IMG/VR virus record: IMGVR_UViG_3300032286_000710
Location: 32,001-96,000 of that record
Reading direction: 5' to 3' (one strand)
DNA length: 64,000 nt
From: a virus
Positions 9,377-19,461 of this stretch are shown here, piece after piece. The notes below the pieces were generated by a model. The model ran no database searches, was not told the DNA's origin, and was given only the letters and a program-made list of their open reading frames with translations. The position numbers and the translations under genes are program-made. Each line of letters starts with the position of its first letter. Position 1 is the stretch's first letter.

Positions 9377-10049
9377 CAATCCGAGAAAGAATAACAACAA
9401 CAAAAAAAATAAAAAGCAAACTCCTAAAGAAAATGTTTTAATAGCTAAAACGGACAATCAAAAAGAATATATCTTATCTATTGTTGAGAATGATATTATT
9501 TTTTGCACTGGCCCATCTGGTACTGGCAAGTCTTTTATTGCTGCCGGTATAGCTGCTGAACATCTTATGAAGGATAAGATAGAATCCATTATAGTAACAA
9601 GACCCTTAGTTTGCACTGGCAAAGATATTGGTTCTTTACCGGGAGAACTTGGTGATAAAATTAAACCATACTTACAGCCTATGGAAGAAAATCTTAAATA
9701 TTTTCTAGGCAGAGATAAGTTTGGCTTGTACTATAATACTAGAAGAATAAGATTTGAGCCGTTAGAAACAATGAGAGGATCAACATTCCATAATGCGTAT
9801 ATGATTTTAGACGAAGCCCAAAATTGCACATTAGAGCAGATTAAAATGTTTATAACAAGAATGGGCGAGAACTCTAAAGTTATGATCAATGGCGATACAA
9901 AACAAACAGATTTGTATCGCGGCAATGGGTTGTTAGAATGTATAGATAAATTAAGTAATATTAATGGTATTGGTATTTGCGGTTTAGGTTATCAAGATAT
10001 ACAAAGAAATGGAATATTAGGAGCAGTTTTACACGCTCTAGAATCTTGA
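9357..10049 (+). CDS. phoH: PhoH-family ATPase
   Basis: GPSGTGKS, IGSLPG, MRGSTF, ILDEAQN, TRMG, GDTKQTD. Confidence 0.95.
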   Translation: MAAAANNNPRKNNNNKKNKKQTPKENVLIAKTDNQKEYILSIVENDIIFCTGPSGTGKSFIAAGIAAEHLMKDKIESIIVTRPLVCTGKDIGSLPGELGDKIKPYLQPMEENLKYFLGRDKFGLYYNTRRIRFEPLETMRGSTFHNAYMILDEAQNCTLEQIKMFITRMGENSKVMINGDTKQTDLYRGNGLLECIDKLSNINGIGICGLGYQDIQRNGILGAVLHALES

Positions 10050-10056
10050 GGAAAAA

Positions 10057-10407
10057 ATGCTATATGACTACGTTTGTGATGAATGTTCACATGAAATGAA
10101 GGATGTTTATCAGTCTATAAAAGATGAATCTTTGACACAATGCCCAAGCTGTGGAAAAGAAGGTCTGAGAAGGCTAATATATGGTGGGATAGCTTCTTTT
10201 ATGTCAGAACCTAAGACTATTGGAAGTCTCGCGGATAGAAATTGGTCTAAAAAAGGTCACTACGAGAAGTCTGAGATAGAAGCCCAATCGAAGAAGAGTA
10301 CGGGTGATGACTCGTATTTTTCTTCATTGGGATCTGCCTCTAAAAAAGAAATAAATAAAATGTCAGAAACTCAAAGAACTAAATATATAATGACAGGTGA
10401 AAAATGA
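10057..10407 (+). CDS. FmdB-family zinc-ribbon protein
   Basis: YDYVCDEC...CPSCG...LRRLI. Confidence 0.75.
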   Translation: MLYDYVCDECSHEMKDVYQSIKDESLTQCPSCGKEGLRRLIYGGIASFMSEPKTIGSLADRNWSKKGHYEKSEIEAQSKKSTGDDSYFSSLGSASKKEINKMSETQRTKYIMTGEK

Positions 10408-10751
10408 AGTTTATTAGCTCATCAGATAATGTGGAAAATATTGACAAGAAAGAAATCAATGAAGTTTGTATTAATAAGATAGGGATGCAAATTATTGATG
10501 AATCTGAAAGGGTTTTTGCCAAGATAATCACCGCAGATATTGGTGATGGTAGAATCCAAATGAAGTATGTTATCCTTGTGTTTAATAGTCAGCCATATGA
10601 CCCATACGGTGCTGATAGTCACAGAGAATCAAATCTAAGATTAGAGTATAAAACTGTAAGTAAACAAACATATGATTATTATGTTTCATACTTGAAAAGT
10701 AAGAACTCATTATATATGACGAGAGCACAAAGGAGTTTTATTAATGGCTAA
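10404..10751 (+). CDS. Hypothetical protein
   Basis: ORF coupled to neighbours by ATGA-type overlaps. Confidence 0.6.
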   Translation: MKFISSSDNVENIDKKEINEVCINKIGMQIIDESERVFAKIITADIGDGRIQMKYVILVFNSQPYDPYGADSHRESNLRLEYKTVSKQTYDYYVSYLKSKNSLYMTRAQRSFING

Positions 10752-11028
10752 GACAGGACCACTAGGAAAAGCAGAAGCTTTTTATGTTACGGAAAAATTT
10801 AAATCTGGACAGTCGATGGAACAGATAGCAACAGATTTAGATAGGGCAGTTGGGGCTATAGAGAAATATATAAAAAAGAGTAAGGTTGAAGCACCAAGAA
10901 CGTTAATTGATCAGCAATTTGCTCGTCAGAGTGGTGCTACAATAATGACAGAAAGTGCATCTACAATGATAGATGAAAATAAAAAAAGCACCCCAATAAA
11001 GCACGACTGTGTGACCAAGATCAGATGA
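10744..11028 (+). CDS. Hypothetical protein, possible helix-turn-helix
   Basis: SMEQIATDLDRAVGAIEKYI; AAGGAG Shine-Dalgarno. Confidence 0.55.
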   Translation: MAKTGPLGKAEAFYVTEKFKSGQSMEQIATDLDRAVGAIEKYIKKSKVEAPRTLIDQQFARQSGATIMTESASTMIDENKKSTPIKHDCVTKIR

Positions 11029-11459
11029 AAAATTTCATAACATCATATAAAGATTGGCTAGAAGAATATAAAAAAGATAAGTATAATACTTGGATAAGAG
11101 CTATCTTATCTAATGACTTAGAAATATATCTAACAGATTATTCAGATTGGTTTGAATTAAAAACATATTGCAAAGAAAACAAGTTATCAATCAAGAAAAT
11201 AGGGCTACAATATCGATCTCATTCTATAGAGGTTGACACGCTAGACTCAGATGGTGTATACTTAACACGATCTATAATAGGGTCGTTCGGTCAATCAACA
11301 CGCCAAACATTCACCATTGGCATGTTGCATGATGATATTGTTAAGAAAACTATTTGGGTTATCCCAGAATTGATCAAAGAATTAGAAGATGAAGATAATA
11401 TTGCAGATTGTTTTGAGGAAGCTTTAATTTATGACTACACCGAAAAAAGAGAAACCTGA
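11025..11459 (+). CDS. Hypothetical protein
   Basis: ORF in coupled operon. Confidence 0.6.
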   Translation: MKNFITSYKDWLEEYKKDKYNTWIRAILSNDLEIYLTDYSDWFELKTYCKENKLSIKKIGLQYRSHSIEVDTLDSDGVYLTRSIIGSFGQSTRQTFTIGMLHDDIVKKTIWVIPELIKELEDEDNIADCFEEALIYDYTEKRET

Positions 11460-11952
11460 TCTTTTTAATCAAGACTATCAAAAGCAATGGTCTGAGACTC
11501 ATAAGTATAAGCATATCCATACTGGTGAATATTGTACTTTTGAAGCATACGTTGCAGAATATATAGTATTGAGAAGATCAGAGAAATTGAACTTGGGAAA
11601 ACCATCATATAAATTTTGGACTAAAGGTGATCCCCTACATTGGCTATGGAAGAAACAGCACGGTGCTGCGGTTCAGCTTAGAAAGAAATATAGCGAAGAA
11701 GCTATATTGCAAGCTATAAAATCAAAAGACTTTGATAGACTGCTGGTAATTGGGGTGCAGAATGGAAGAGGATATAAGATTAGTCCAGAAGCAGAAAAAG
11801 TAATTGCAAAATATCAAAAAAAGATTGAAGAAGAACAAAATAAACCCCAAATCAATCTTGAAGTTAAAGAAGAAAATACTCCGCTTGAAACTAGAGCGTC
11901 TAGCGGCTATAATACGAAAAGGACAACATTGAACCAACTGAGGAATTTATGA
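11431..11952 (+). CDS. Hypothetical protein
   Basis: ORF in coupled operon, GAGG upstream. Confidence 0.6.
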   Translation: MTTPKKEKPDLFNQDYQKQWSETHKYKHIHTGEYCTFEAYVAEYIVLRRSEKLNLGKPSYKFWTKGDPLHWLWKKQHGAAVQLRKKYSEEAILQAIKSKDFDRLLVIGVQNGRGYKISPEAEKVIAKYQKKIEEEQNKPQINLEVKEENTPLETRASSGYNTKRTTLNQLRNL

Positions 11953-13055
11953 GCAAAACCAAAAAGATAACAGGTAAGTTTTCAGAAGATGCGGTTAGTA
12001 ATTCTATAGTAAGTAAGTATGGTGATGTTGTTAGGAGTGGAACAGAAGTCCTTCAAAATATAAATAGTCTTGGCGTGATAGGAATATCTCCAGCTTTAGA
12101 TATTGCTCTTGGTGGTGGATTAAGAGAAGGGTCTGTTGTAGTAATGACAGGAGATCCAAAGAGTGGAAAGACCACCACGGCTTTGCACTTTGCTGCTAAG
12201 TGTCAAAAGCTTAGTAAGAGAATAATTTATATCAACACAGAGGGTAGACTATCTAAGCAAAACTTTGATGGTATTAAAGGTCTAGAGCCAGATAATATTA
12301 TCATTATAGAATCAACAGATGAGAGGGTTCTATCAGCAGAAGACTTTTTAAATATCATTGAGTTTTATATTAATAATGATCCCGGTTGCCTAATAATTAC
12401 TGACTCACTATCTAACATGGTTCCAGCATGTGAATTAGAGGGAGAAGTTAGAACGGGCGTAAGAAATGCTTTACCTAGATTACTCTCAATGTTTTTCAAG
12501 CGTATAAGTGGTACGCTCATGAAGAATAAGACTATATTAATTTGTATCACTCATAATATTGCTAATACCGGTGGATCTCCATATGCACCACAAAAAATGG
12601 CAGACTGTGGAAACATGTTACAATATCAAGCCGGTACAAATATGGTAATTACCCATCGTGGAAAGTGGCAAGTGCCAAAGGATACCGGTGTTCATGTTGG
12701 TCAAATAGCCAACTGGGTAATAAAAACATCAACCGCTGGCGGTAGGCCAAATAGCACAGCAGAAAGTTGGATCAAGTATGGAGTTGGCGTTGACGAAGTA
12801 CAAGAGATAATTCAGATTGCCTGTGAGTTTAGGCTTATAAAGGCGGCGGGTGCTTGGTATACTATACAGTGTGCTGTAGATGAGCCAGAAAATCCCATTG
12901 TTTCCAAGGTACTAGAAGAAAACCAAATAGGCAAGACTCCAGACGAAATAGAAAGATTCTTTAAATTTCAAGGCGTTAATAACGTAGCAGAATTCTTGAA
13001 TGGTAATCTAGCAATTTCATCATTTATTTATAATAAGATAAAGGAGCTTCATTGA
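11949..13055 (+). CDS. recA: RecA/UvsX-like recombinase
   Basis: SPALDIALGGG, Walker A GDPKSGKTT, YINTE, ITDSL, AGAWY. Confidence 0.88.
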   Translation: MSKTKKITGKFSEDAVSNSIVSKYGDVVRSGTEVLQNINSLGVIGISPALDIALGGGLREGSVVVMTGDPKSGKTTTALHFAAKCQKLSKRIIYINTEGRLSKQNFDGIKGLEPDNIIIIESTDERVLSAEDFLNIIEFYINNDPGCLIITDSLSNMVPACELEGEVRTGVRNALPRLLSMFFKRISGTLMKNKTILICITHNIANTGGSPYAPQKMADCGNMLQYQAGTNMVITHRGKWQVPKDTGVHVGQIANWVIKTSTAGGRPNSTAESWIKYGVGVDEVQEIIQIACEFRLIKAAGAWYTIQCAVDEPENPIVSKVLEENQIGKTPDEIERFFKFQGVNNVAEFLNGNLAISSFIYNKIKELH

Positions 13056-13474
13056 AAGTTACCGGCATAAATGGTAAGGAATATGCGTGGAACCTAACTG
13101 GATATGATGTCTTTAATGATGACAAACGTAAGCGATCTAAATATCATATTCGGGCTAGAAACCTATTAAAAGAAATCTATAATAGCTATAGAATACTAGA
13201 AGAAGTAAAGTTGCCGGGAAGTACAGCCCTACACAGAAAATCTGTACTGTATCTTGACTTTTACATTCCTTCTATTAAACTGGGAGTTGAGGTTCATGGA
13301 GAGCAGCACTATGATTACAATCCATTCTTTCATAGGAGTAAAGCAGACTTTATAAAAGGTCAAGTTCGTGACGATGATAAGATAAACTGGTGTGAGTTGA
13401 ATGGAATCGAATTGATAACCCTAAAATATTCAGAAAGTGACGATGAGTGGCGACAAAGAATTAAAGGCATCTGA
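13052..13474 (+). CDS. DUF559/Vsr-like PD-(D/E)XK endonuclease
   Basis: LYLDFYIP..KLGVEVHGEQHY...RDDDKINWC..NGIELI. Confidence 0.75.
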   Translation: MKVTGINGKEYAWNLTGYDVFNDDKRKRSKYHIRARNLLKEIYNSYRILEEVKLPGSTALHRKSVLYLDFYIPSIKLGVEVHGEQHYDYNPFFHRSKADFIKGQVRDDDKINWCELNGIELITLKYSESDDEWRQRIKGI

Positions 13475-13919
13475 CAAGTTAGCAGAATATATAGCATCAA
13501 TCAATGACTATATAAATTTGAGTAATACAAAGTTCTCTTCTTTTAGAGAAGAATATTTGTTTGTAGCAGATATGTCCTCTGACCAACTTAGGAAGTTAAC
13601 ACAAACAGAACTATTTGATGCCGCATATCTTCTATATGGTTATGCAACCTATATTCAAGATGAAATAAGTAAGAATAAAGTGGCATTGAATTGGTGCAAT
13701 GATCAAATGGAAAAGCTAATTGTTAAGAATAGTCAAGAGTTTGGTCAATATACTAAGCACGAATCTAAGAAGCATATATTAGCTAATAGTAATTCATATG
13801 CCGCATCTCTAGAAAATATGAGAGAAGTAGCAGAGGCTAGGCTACAATCATTAGACGGCAAGGTATTTGAACTAAAGAGAAAAGCCGATATACTACTTGA
13901 GAAAGGTAAAAGATCATGA
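13443..13919 (+). CDS. Helical protein, possible UvsY-like recombination mediator
   Basis: All-helical/coiled-coil pattern, ~160 aa, two genes downstream of recA; function inferred from context only. Confidence 0.4.
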   Translation: MSGDKELKASDKLAEYIASINDYINLSNTKFSSFREEYLFVADMSSDQLRKLTQTELFDAAYLLYGYATYIQDEISKNKVALNWCNDQMEKLIVKNSQEFGQYTKHESKKHILANSNSYAASLENMREVAEARLQSLDGKVFELKRKADILLEKGKRS

Positions 13920-14341
13920 GTATGAACGATTTTATAAACATGCTTAACGACGAACAAAAGCAAGCTTTGTTAAAGGCACTAGTTGGTGATAGTCCAACCG
14001 TAGCTAGTGTTCCAAAAGAAGTGAGAAAAGAAAGCATAAAGAAGATACAGTCTTCCACACCCCCTGCAAGTGTGAATGAAGATTTTACAATGTTTAAGCA
14101 GGATAGTAATTCTAATACTAATACTAGGAGAAAAGAAGCCGTGAGAGCTAGAAAGAATGAATGGAAAGATACGGGTGAGTCTAGGGATGTAGAAACTCCA
14201 CAGTTTGAAAGAACACCCCGTCGCCGTGAGCCATACAAAAAGGTAGAAGTAGAATGCCACGTTTGTGGAAAGTCTTTCAAGGAAGATCCCAAGATTATTC
14301 ATGGAGAATACTATCGTTGCAATAGATGCACCGGTAAATAA
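13916..14341 (+). CDS. Hypothetical protein with C-terminal zinc finger
   Basis: CHVCGK...CNRC. Confidence 0.6.
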   Translation: MSMNDFINMLNDEQKQALLKALVGDSPTVASVPKEVRKESIKKIQSSTPPASVNEDFTMFKQDSNSNTNTRRKEAVRARKNEWKDTGESRDVETPQFERTPRRREPYKKVEVECHVCGKSFKEDPKIIHGEYYRCNRCTGK

Positions 14342-14342
14342 T

Positions 14343-15809
14343 ATGGAAGTAACACTGACTGATATTGGATCAGAAAGAGCCGTTTTAGCTGGATTATTGC
14401 AGCACGGTATAGATGGATATGTAGCGGTATCTGACATAGTGAGTCAAGACACTTTCGGACATTTGAACAATCAAATATTGTTTAAGTGCATTGAAAAAGT
14501 TATTCTCAACGATCAGAAAGTAGACATACCATCCATATTATCCGCAGCAGATCAGTTAAATCTTTCTGAAAGTATAAATACAGATCAAGAGTTGAAGTAT
14601 ATAAAGTCTCTAATGGACTTCCCCATCAACAAAGATAATGTTTTTAGCTTTGCAATACAGATGAAGAAGTTTGAGTTTGCACGTAAAATAAAAGGTCTTA
14701 CTGCAAAGATTCATAAAGATGTAGATAGTGTTACTGGTGCTGAATCTATAAATGAGATTATACAAATACTTGAAAATCCAGTTACTGATTTCTTAAGGGA
14801 AGATGATAGCGGCGATCTTCCAGAAAAGATTGGCAAGGATGCTAAAGATTATATACAGTTTCTAGAAGAGAATAAATGTGATATCATAGGTATTCCAACG
14901 GGCTTCAATAAATATGATGAAGCAATTGGTGGCGGATTACGAAGGAAATGTGTTGATTTAGTATCAGCAAGACCAAAGGTTGGAAAAAGCGTATTCGCTG
15001 ATAATGTAGCATTAAATGTATCTTCCGGTGGCGTTCCAGTACTGATGTTAGATACTGAAATGAGTAAGGAAGATCACTTAAATAGACTATTGGCAAATAT
15101 CAGCGGAGTTCCAATTAATGAAGTTGCTACTGGTAAATTCACAGATGATGAAGAAAAACGACGCAAGGTGATGGAAGCAATCGAAAAGATTGAATCTATA
15201 CCTTACAGTTATGTTAGCGTTGCTGGAAAGCCGTTTGAACAAATACTTAACCTAATTAAGCGTTGGGTTATGCAAGAAGTCAGAATTGGCGACAATGGCA
15301 AGACAAACAACTGTCTTATCATATATGATTATCTTAAGTTAATGTCATCGACTTCTATTACTAATAATATACAAGAATACCAAGCACTTGGTTTTCAGAT
15401 TACATCACTACATAATCTTTGCGTCAAGCTTGACATACCATGTTTGTCCTTTGTACAATTGAACCGTGACGGCATAACAAAAGAAAGCACAGACGCTGTT
15501 TCTGGATCAGACAGATTGATTTGGTTATGTACATCATTTAGCATATTCAAAATCAAATCTCCAGAAGAACTAGCAGAAGATGGGCCAAATGCTGGAAACA
15601 GGAAGCTTGTACCGATTGTTTCAAGACATGGTGGAGGCTTGGACGATGGTGATTACATTAACATGGTAATGCAGGGATCTCACGCAAAGTTAAGAGAGCT
15701 GAAAACACGTAACGAATTTAAGAATCAGCCAGTTGGAGACACTGGCATGGTAGACCAGAACACATTAGATAAGCTAAAAATTAATGGACTTGCAGAAGAT
15801 CAAGAATAG
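14343..15809 (+). CDS. dnaB: DnaB-like replicative helicase
   Basis: SERAVLAGL, GIPTGF, ARPKVGKS, DTEMS, IYDYL, QLNR; probable start ATG 14343. Confidence 0.92.
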   Translation: MEVTLTDIGSERAVLAGLLQHGIDGYVAVSDIVSQDTFGHLNNQILFKCIEKVILNDQKVDIPSILSAADQLNLSESINTDQELKYIKSLMDFPINKDNVFSFAIQMKKFEFARKIKGLTAKIHKDVDSVTGAESINEIIQILENPVTDFLREDDSGDLPEKIGKDAKDYIQFLEENKCDIIGIPTGFNKYDEAIGGGLRRKCVDLVSARPKVGKSVFADNVALNVSSGGVPVLMLDTEMSKEDHLNRLLANISGVPINEVATGKFTDDEEKRRKVMEAIEKIESIPYSYVSVAGKPFEQILNLIKRWVMQEVRIGDNGKTNNCLIIYDYLKLMSSTSITNNIQEYQALGFQITSLHNLCVKLDIPCLSFVQLNRDGITKESTDAVSGSDRLIWLCTSFSIFKIKSPEELAEDGPNAGNRKLVPIVSRHGGGLDDGDYINMVMQGSHAKLRELKTRNEFKNQPVGDTGMVDQNTLDKLKINGLAEDQE

Positions 15810-16824
15810 TCTTAACGATCAGTCAGAAGAAGTATTCTCAAAACTAGGTATGAAATACGAGGTTTTGGGAGATAATATCTATTGTAATTGTCCTGTTCAT
15901 GAGGGTAGCGACAATCCAAGAGCTTTCTCATTCTCTAAAGATAAAGGTATATGGAAGTGCTGGACTAGAGATTGTCAACAACAATATAGAAATGACATAT
16001 TTGGAGTCATAAGAGGATCACTTTCAAAAGAGAGTGGAGTAGAGGCTGAATTTTCTGATGCTTTAAAATGGGCATGTGATTTTCTAGGTATCAAAAAGGG
16101 TAGAAGTTCATCTCAAAAACCCGCCGTAAAAGAACCAGTAAAAGAAGATGACTTTAATAAACTAGTAAACACAATAAACTCTAAAATTAAACTAGATGAT
16201 AATTATCCAGCCATTGAAATAGATGAGTGTGTAAAAACACCATCACAATACTTTATATCTAGGGGATTCAAACCAGAAACTTTAGTTCATTTTGATGTTG
16301 GAGATTGTTATGATCGTGTATCAAAATTATACGAAAGATCAGTAGTCCCCATTCATAATGATACGGGCGATAAAGTAATAGCTTGTATAGCAAGGTCTAT
16401 AAAAGAATATAGAAGCCCAAAGTTTCTTCTAGATCCAAAGGGGTTTGATAAGAGATACTTCTTTTATAACTATCACCGGGCTATAGAAAGCGTTAAGCAA
16501 ACATCATCATTGTTTCTTGTAGAAGGGCAGGGCGATGTTTGGAGACTATATGAAGCTGGTATTACTCAGTCAATGAGTCTTTTTGGTAGGAGTCTTAGCA
16601 AAGAACAAGAACTAAAACTGTCTAAAATGCCTCTCACTCATATAATAGTCTTACTAGACAACGATCAAGCTGGTCGAGAGGCAAAGGTTCAACTCCAGAG
16701 ACAATTGGGTAGAATGTATAAATTATCTTTCCCCAAAATACCAACCAAAGACGTTGGCGAGATGAGAGTTGAACAAATAAAGAATATTATTATACCACAG
16801 GTCAAGGGAACAATAAATGGTTAA
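15784..16824 (+). CDS. dnaG: DnaG-like DNA primase (CHC2 zinc finger plus TOPRIM)
   Basis: CPVH...WKCW..C, VVPIH, LVEGQGD, LDNDQAG, KDVGE. Confidence 0.9.
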   Translation: MDLQKIKNSLNDQSEEVFSKLGMKYEVLGDNIYCNCPVHEGSDNPRAFSFSKDKGIWKCWTRDCQQQYRNDIFGVIRGSLSKESGVEAEFSDALKWACDFLGIKKGRSSSQKPAVKEPVKEDDFNKLVNTINSKIKLDDNYPAIEIDECVKTPSQYFISRGFKPETLVHFDVGDCYDRVSKLYERSVVPIHNDTGDKVIACIARSIKEYRSPKFLLDPKGFDKRYFFYNYHRAIESVKQTSSLFLVEGQGDVWRLYEAGITQSMSLFGRSLSKEQELKLSKMPLTHIIVLLDNDQAGREAKVQLQRQLGRMYKLSFPKIPTKDVGEMRVEQIKNIIIPQVKGTING

Positions 16825-17557
16825 AATTATTGGTATTTCTGGTAGAAAACAGTCTGGAAAAAATACTGTAGCAAATTATATTAATGGTCAAGTGTTAAAG
16901 GAAAGGTCTATGATTAATGACTTTGCTATTAGCGATGATGGCAACTTGTTAATAAATACTCAGGATATAACTGGGACAAGTGGGTATGGAATATTTGATG
17001 TTACCAGAAAAGACTCAATTTTTGTGGAGTACGCACAAAGAGAATTGTGGCCTTATATCAAAGTATACCATTTCGCAGATTACTTGAAAGACATGTCAGT
17101 TAATCTATTTGGTCTTAATTCTAAGAACGTTTACGGTAATGATGACCAAAAGAATGAATCTACCCCTTTTCTATGGGAAGAAATGCCAACAGAAACAAAT
17201 AAAGTTGGAAATATGACACACAGAGAGTTTTTAGAGTACCTTGGGACTAAAATAATAAGACGAGTCAAATCAGATGCTTGGGTACATGCTACAATAAATA
17301 AAATATTAGATGAAGATTCTCAGTTAGCTATTGTTCCAGATGTTAGATTCCCTAACGAAGTTAAAGCCATAAAAGACAATGGTGGAATTGTTATTAGATT
17401 AACTAGAAACATATTTAGCAGTGATTCTGAGTCAGAGTCATCATTAGATAGTGATAAATTTGATTGGCATAATTTTGATACAGTAATTGATAATCATAAT
17501 ATGACACTAGAAGTTCTATGTGATGAACTCAAAAATAATAACTTTTGGAGATTTTAA
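16817..17557 (+). CDS. Deoxynucleoside monophosphate kinase
   Basis: GISGRKQSGK, FADYLK, REFLEYLGT, PDVRFPNE. Confidence 0.85.
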   Translation: MVKIIGISGRKQSGKNTVANYINGQVLKERSMINDFAISDDGNLLINTQDITGTSGYGIFDVTRKDSIFVEYAQRELWPYIKVYHFADYLKDMSVNLFGLNSKNVYGNDDQKNESTPFLWEEMPTETNKVGNMTHREFLEYLGTKIIRRVKSDAWVHATINKILDEDSQLAIVPDVRFPNEVKAIKDNGGIVIRLTRNIFSSDSESESSLDSDKFDWHNFDTVIDNHNMTLEVLCDELKNNNFWRF

Positions 17558-18577
17558 ATGCTAGTAACTTACATACGATCATCTAGTTATAATAATTATG
17601 CATATTGTCAAATGCAATATTTCATAACATATGTTCTTGGGCATCAACCAGATAGTGGTAAAAAGGCAGAGTTAGGGACTATTGTTCATAAGGTAATGGA
17701 AACATTAGCTCAACTCAAAAAGTATCAGCAAGACAATCCCAAGAAATTGACTTTATCAATAGAGGATGATGCTTTAAAAACAGTATCAATTAAAAAGAAT
17801 GAATTATTGACTAGCACACTGGTTGATAAACTTTTGTCTAGAAGCTTTGATTTTTATACTGAAGGATCTAAACATACTTTTACTAAAGGTGATAGAGATT
17901 TATGTTTAAAGCTTGTATGGGATACCTTAAAGTATAATGACGGTCAATTTGATCCACGATTAAGGAAAATAGTCGCAGCAGAACCTCATTTTGATATACC
18001 AATTGATGAAGATTGGGCTTTTTATGAGTATGAAGTAAATGGTCAAAAGGTTAAGGGGCAATTGGCTATTAAAGGTACAATTGACCTAGTAACGGAAACA
18101 GAAGAGGGGATCATTGAAGTAATTGATTGGAAGACCGGAAGAAGGCTAGATTGGGCAACCGGCGAGGAAAAGACATATGGTAAGTTGTGTTCAGATCCTC
18201 AGTTATTGCTATATAATTATGCAATTTCTAAGCTTTTCCCACAATATAAGCAGTCAATAATGAGTATCTTTTTCATTAAGGATGGCGGTCCATTTTCTAT
18301 GTGTTTTGACAAAGCTGATGAAAAAAGGTTCTTAGAAATGCTAAAAGATAAGTTTCTAGACATCAAGCATAACGAAAAACCACAGCCAATTTCGCCCAAT
18401 AGAGAGAACTGGAAATGCACTAAGTTGTGCCATTATTGCAAGAACAAGTGGCCCGAAACCGACCAGAACATGTGTATATATATAGAGAATAGTATAAAAA
18501 CTAAGGGTATGGATCAAACCATAAAGGATTGCACAAGGCCGGGATTTGATATTGGATTTTATTCTGCTCCCGGTTAA
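17558..18577 (+). CDS. Cas4/RecB-like PD-(D/E)XK exonuclease
   Basis: GTIVH, GTIDL, IDWKTG, QLLLY; N-terminal Cys plus C-terminal CxxxCxxC (Fe-S staple-like). Confidence 0.85.
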   Translation: MLVTYIRSSSYNNYAYCQMQYFITYVLGHQPDSGKKAELGTIVHKVMETLAQLKKYQQDNPKKLTLSIEDDALKTVSIKKNELLTSTLVDKLLSRSFDFYTEGSKHTFTKGDRDLCLKLVWDTLKYNDGQFDPRLRKIVAAEPHFDIPIDEDWAFYEYEVNGQKVKGQLAIKGTIDLVTETEEGIIEVIDWKTGRRLDWATGEEKTYGKLCSDPQLLLYNYAISKLFPQYKQSIMSIFFIKDGGPFSMCFDKADEKRFLEMLKDKFLDIKHNEKPQPISPNRENWKCTKLCHYCKNKWPETDQNMCIYIENSIKTKGMDQTIKDCTRPGFDIGFYSAPG

Positions 18578-18588
18578 GGAAAGGAAAT

Positions 18589-19461
18589 ATGAGTAAATTA
18601 CTTACAATCGGAATGGCTACATATGACGATTTTGATGGGGTGTATTTCACTACTCAATCGTTAGTAATGTATCAAGAAGTACTAAAAAATATTGACTATG
18701 AGATAATAGTCATAGACAATAATCCAAGCGGAAAACACGGGCAGGCTGTTAAGGATGTATCTGGGTGGCTTAGAAGTTATGTAAAATATATACCATATGA
18801 GGAAAAAGCAAGTACAGCAGTAAGAAACGAAATATTTGCTAATTCATCTGGTAAATATACAATATCTATTGACTGCCATGTTTTAATTAAACCCGGTGCA
18901 ATAGAGTCACTATTAAAATATTACGAAAGTAATCCAAATTGTAAAGATATAATACAAGGGCCAATGATATATGATGATCAAGTAAGTTATTCAACTCAAT
19001 TTGATCCATCTTGGCGTGGAGATATGTTCGGCACATGGGGTACAAACAAAGATGCTTATGAAAAGGGTGAACCTTTTGATATACCCATGATGGGGCTTGG
19101 GTTGTTTTCATGTGAGACAAAAAACTGGTTAGGATTTAATAAGCATTTTAAAGGATTTGGCGGAGAAGAAGGATATATACACGAAAAATTTAGAAGAAAT
19201 GGTGGACGAGCAATATGCTTGCCACAACTAGGATGGTTACATAGATTTGGTAGGCCAGAGGGTGTTAAATACAGGCTAGTCTTAGAGGATAGAGTTTGGA
19301 ATTATTTTGTTGGGTGGTTAGAAATAACAAAAGATCCAAATGATATAATGGTTTTGGGTGCATATAACTACTTTAGAAATAGAATACCTAGAGAAAGCTT
19401 AGATAACATTTTTAACGACGCTAAAAAACTAATACTTGGAGATAATTATGCCACTTCCTAA
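18589..19461 (+). CDS. Glycosyltransferase, GT2-like (GT-A fold)
   Basis: LTIGMATY, IIVIDNN, IDCH, GFGGEE, WLH. Confidence 0.8.
   Translation: MSKLLTIGMATYDDFDGVYFTTQSLVMYQEVLKNIDYEIIVIDNNPSGKHGQAVKDVSGWLRSYVKYIPYEEKASTAVRNEIFANSSGKYTISIDCHVLIKPGAIESLLKYYESNPNCKDIIQGPMIYDDQVSYSTQFDPSWRGDMFGTWGTNKDAYEKGEPFDIPMMGLGLFSCETKNWLGFNKHFKGFGGEEGYIHEKFRRNGGRAICLPQLGWLHRFGRPEGVKYRLVLEDRVWNYFVGWLEITKDPNDIMVLGAYNYFRNRIPRESLDNIFNDAKKLILGDNYATS

Noticed and set aside
17558-18577. CRISPR-Cas locus, suggested by the Cas4-like nuclease
   Set aside because: No repeat-spacer array or other cas genes; solo Cas4-like nucleases are common in phage replication modules.
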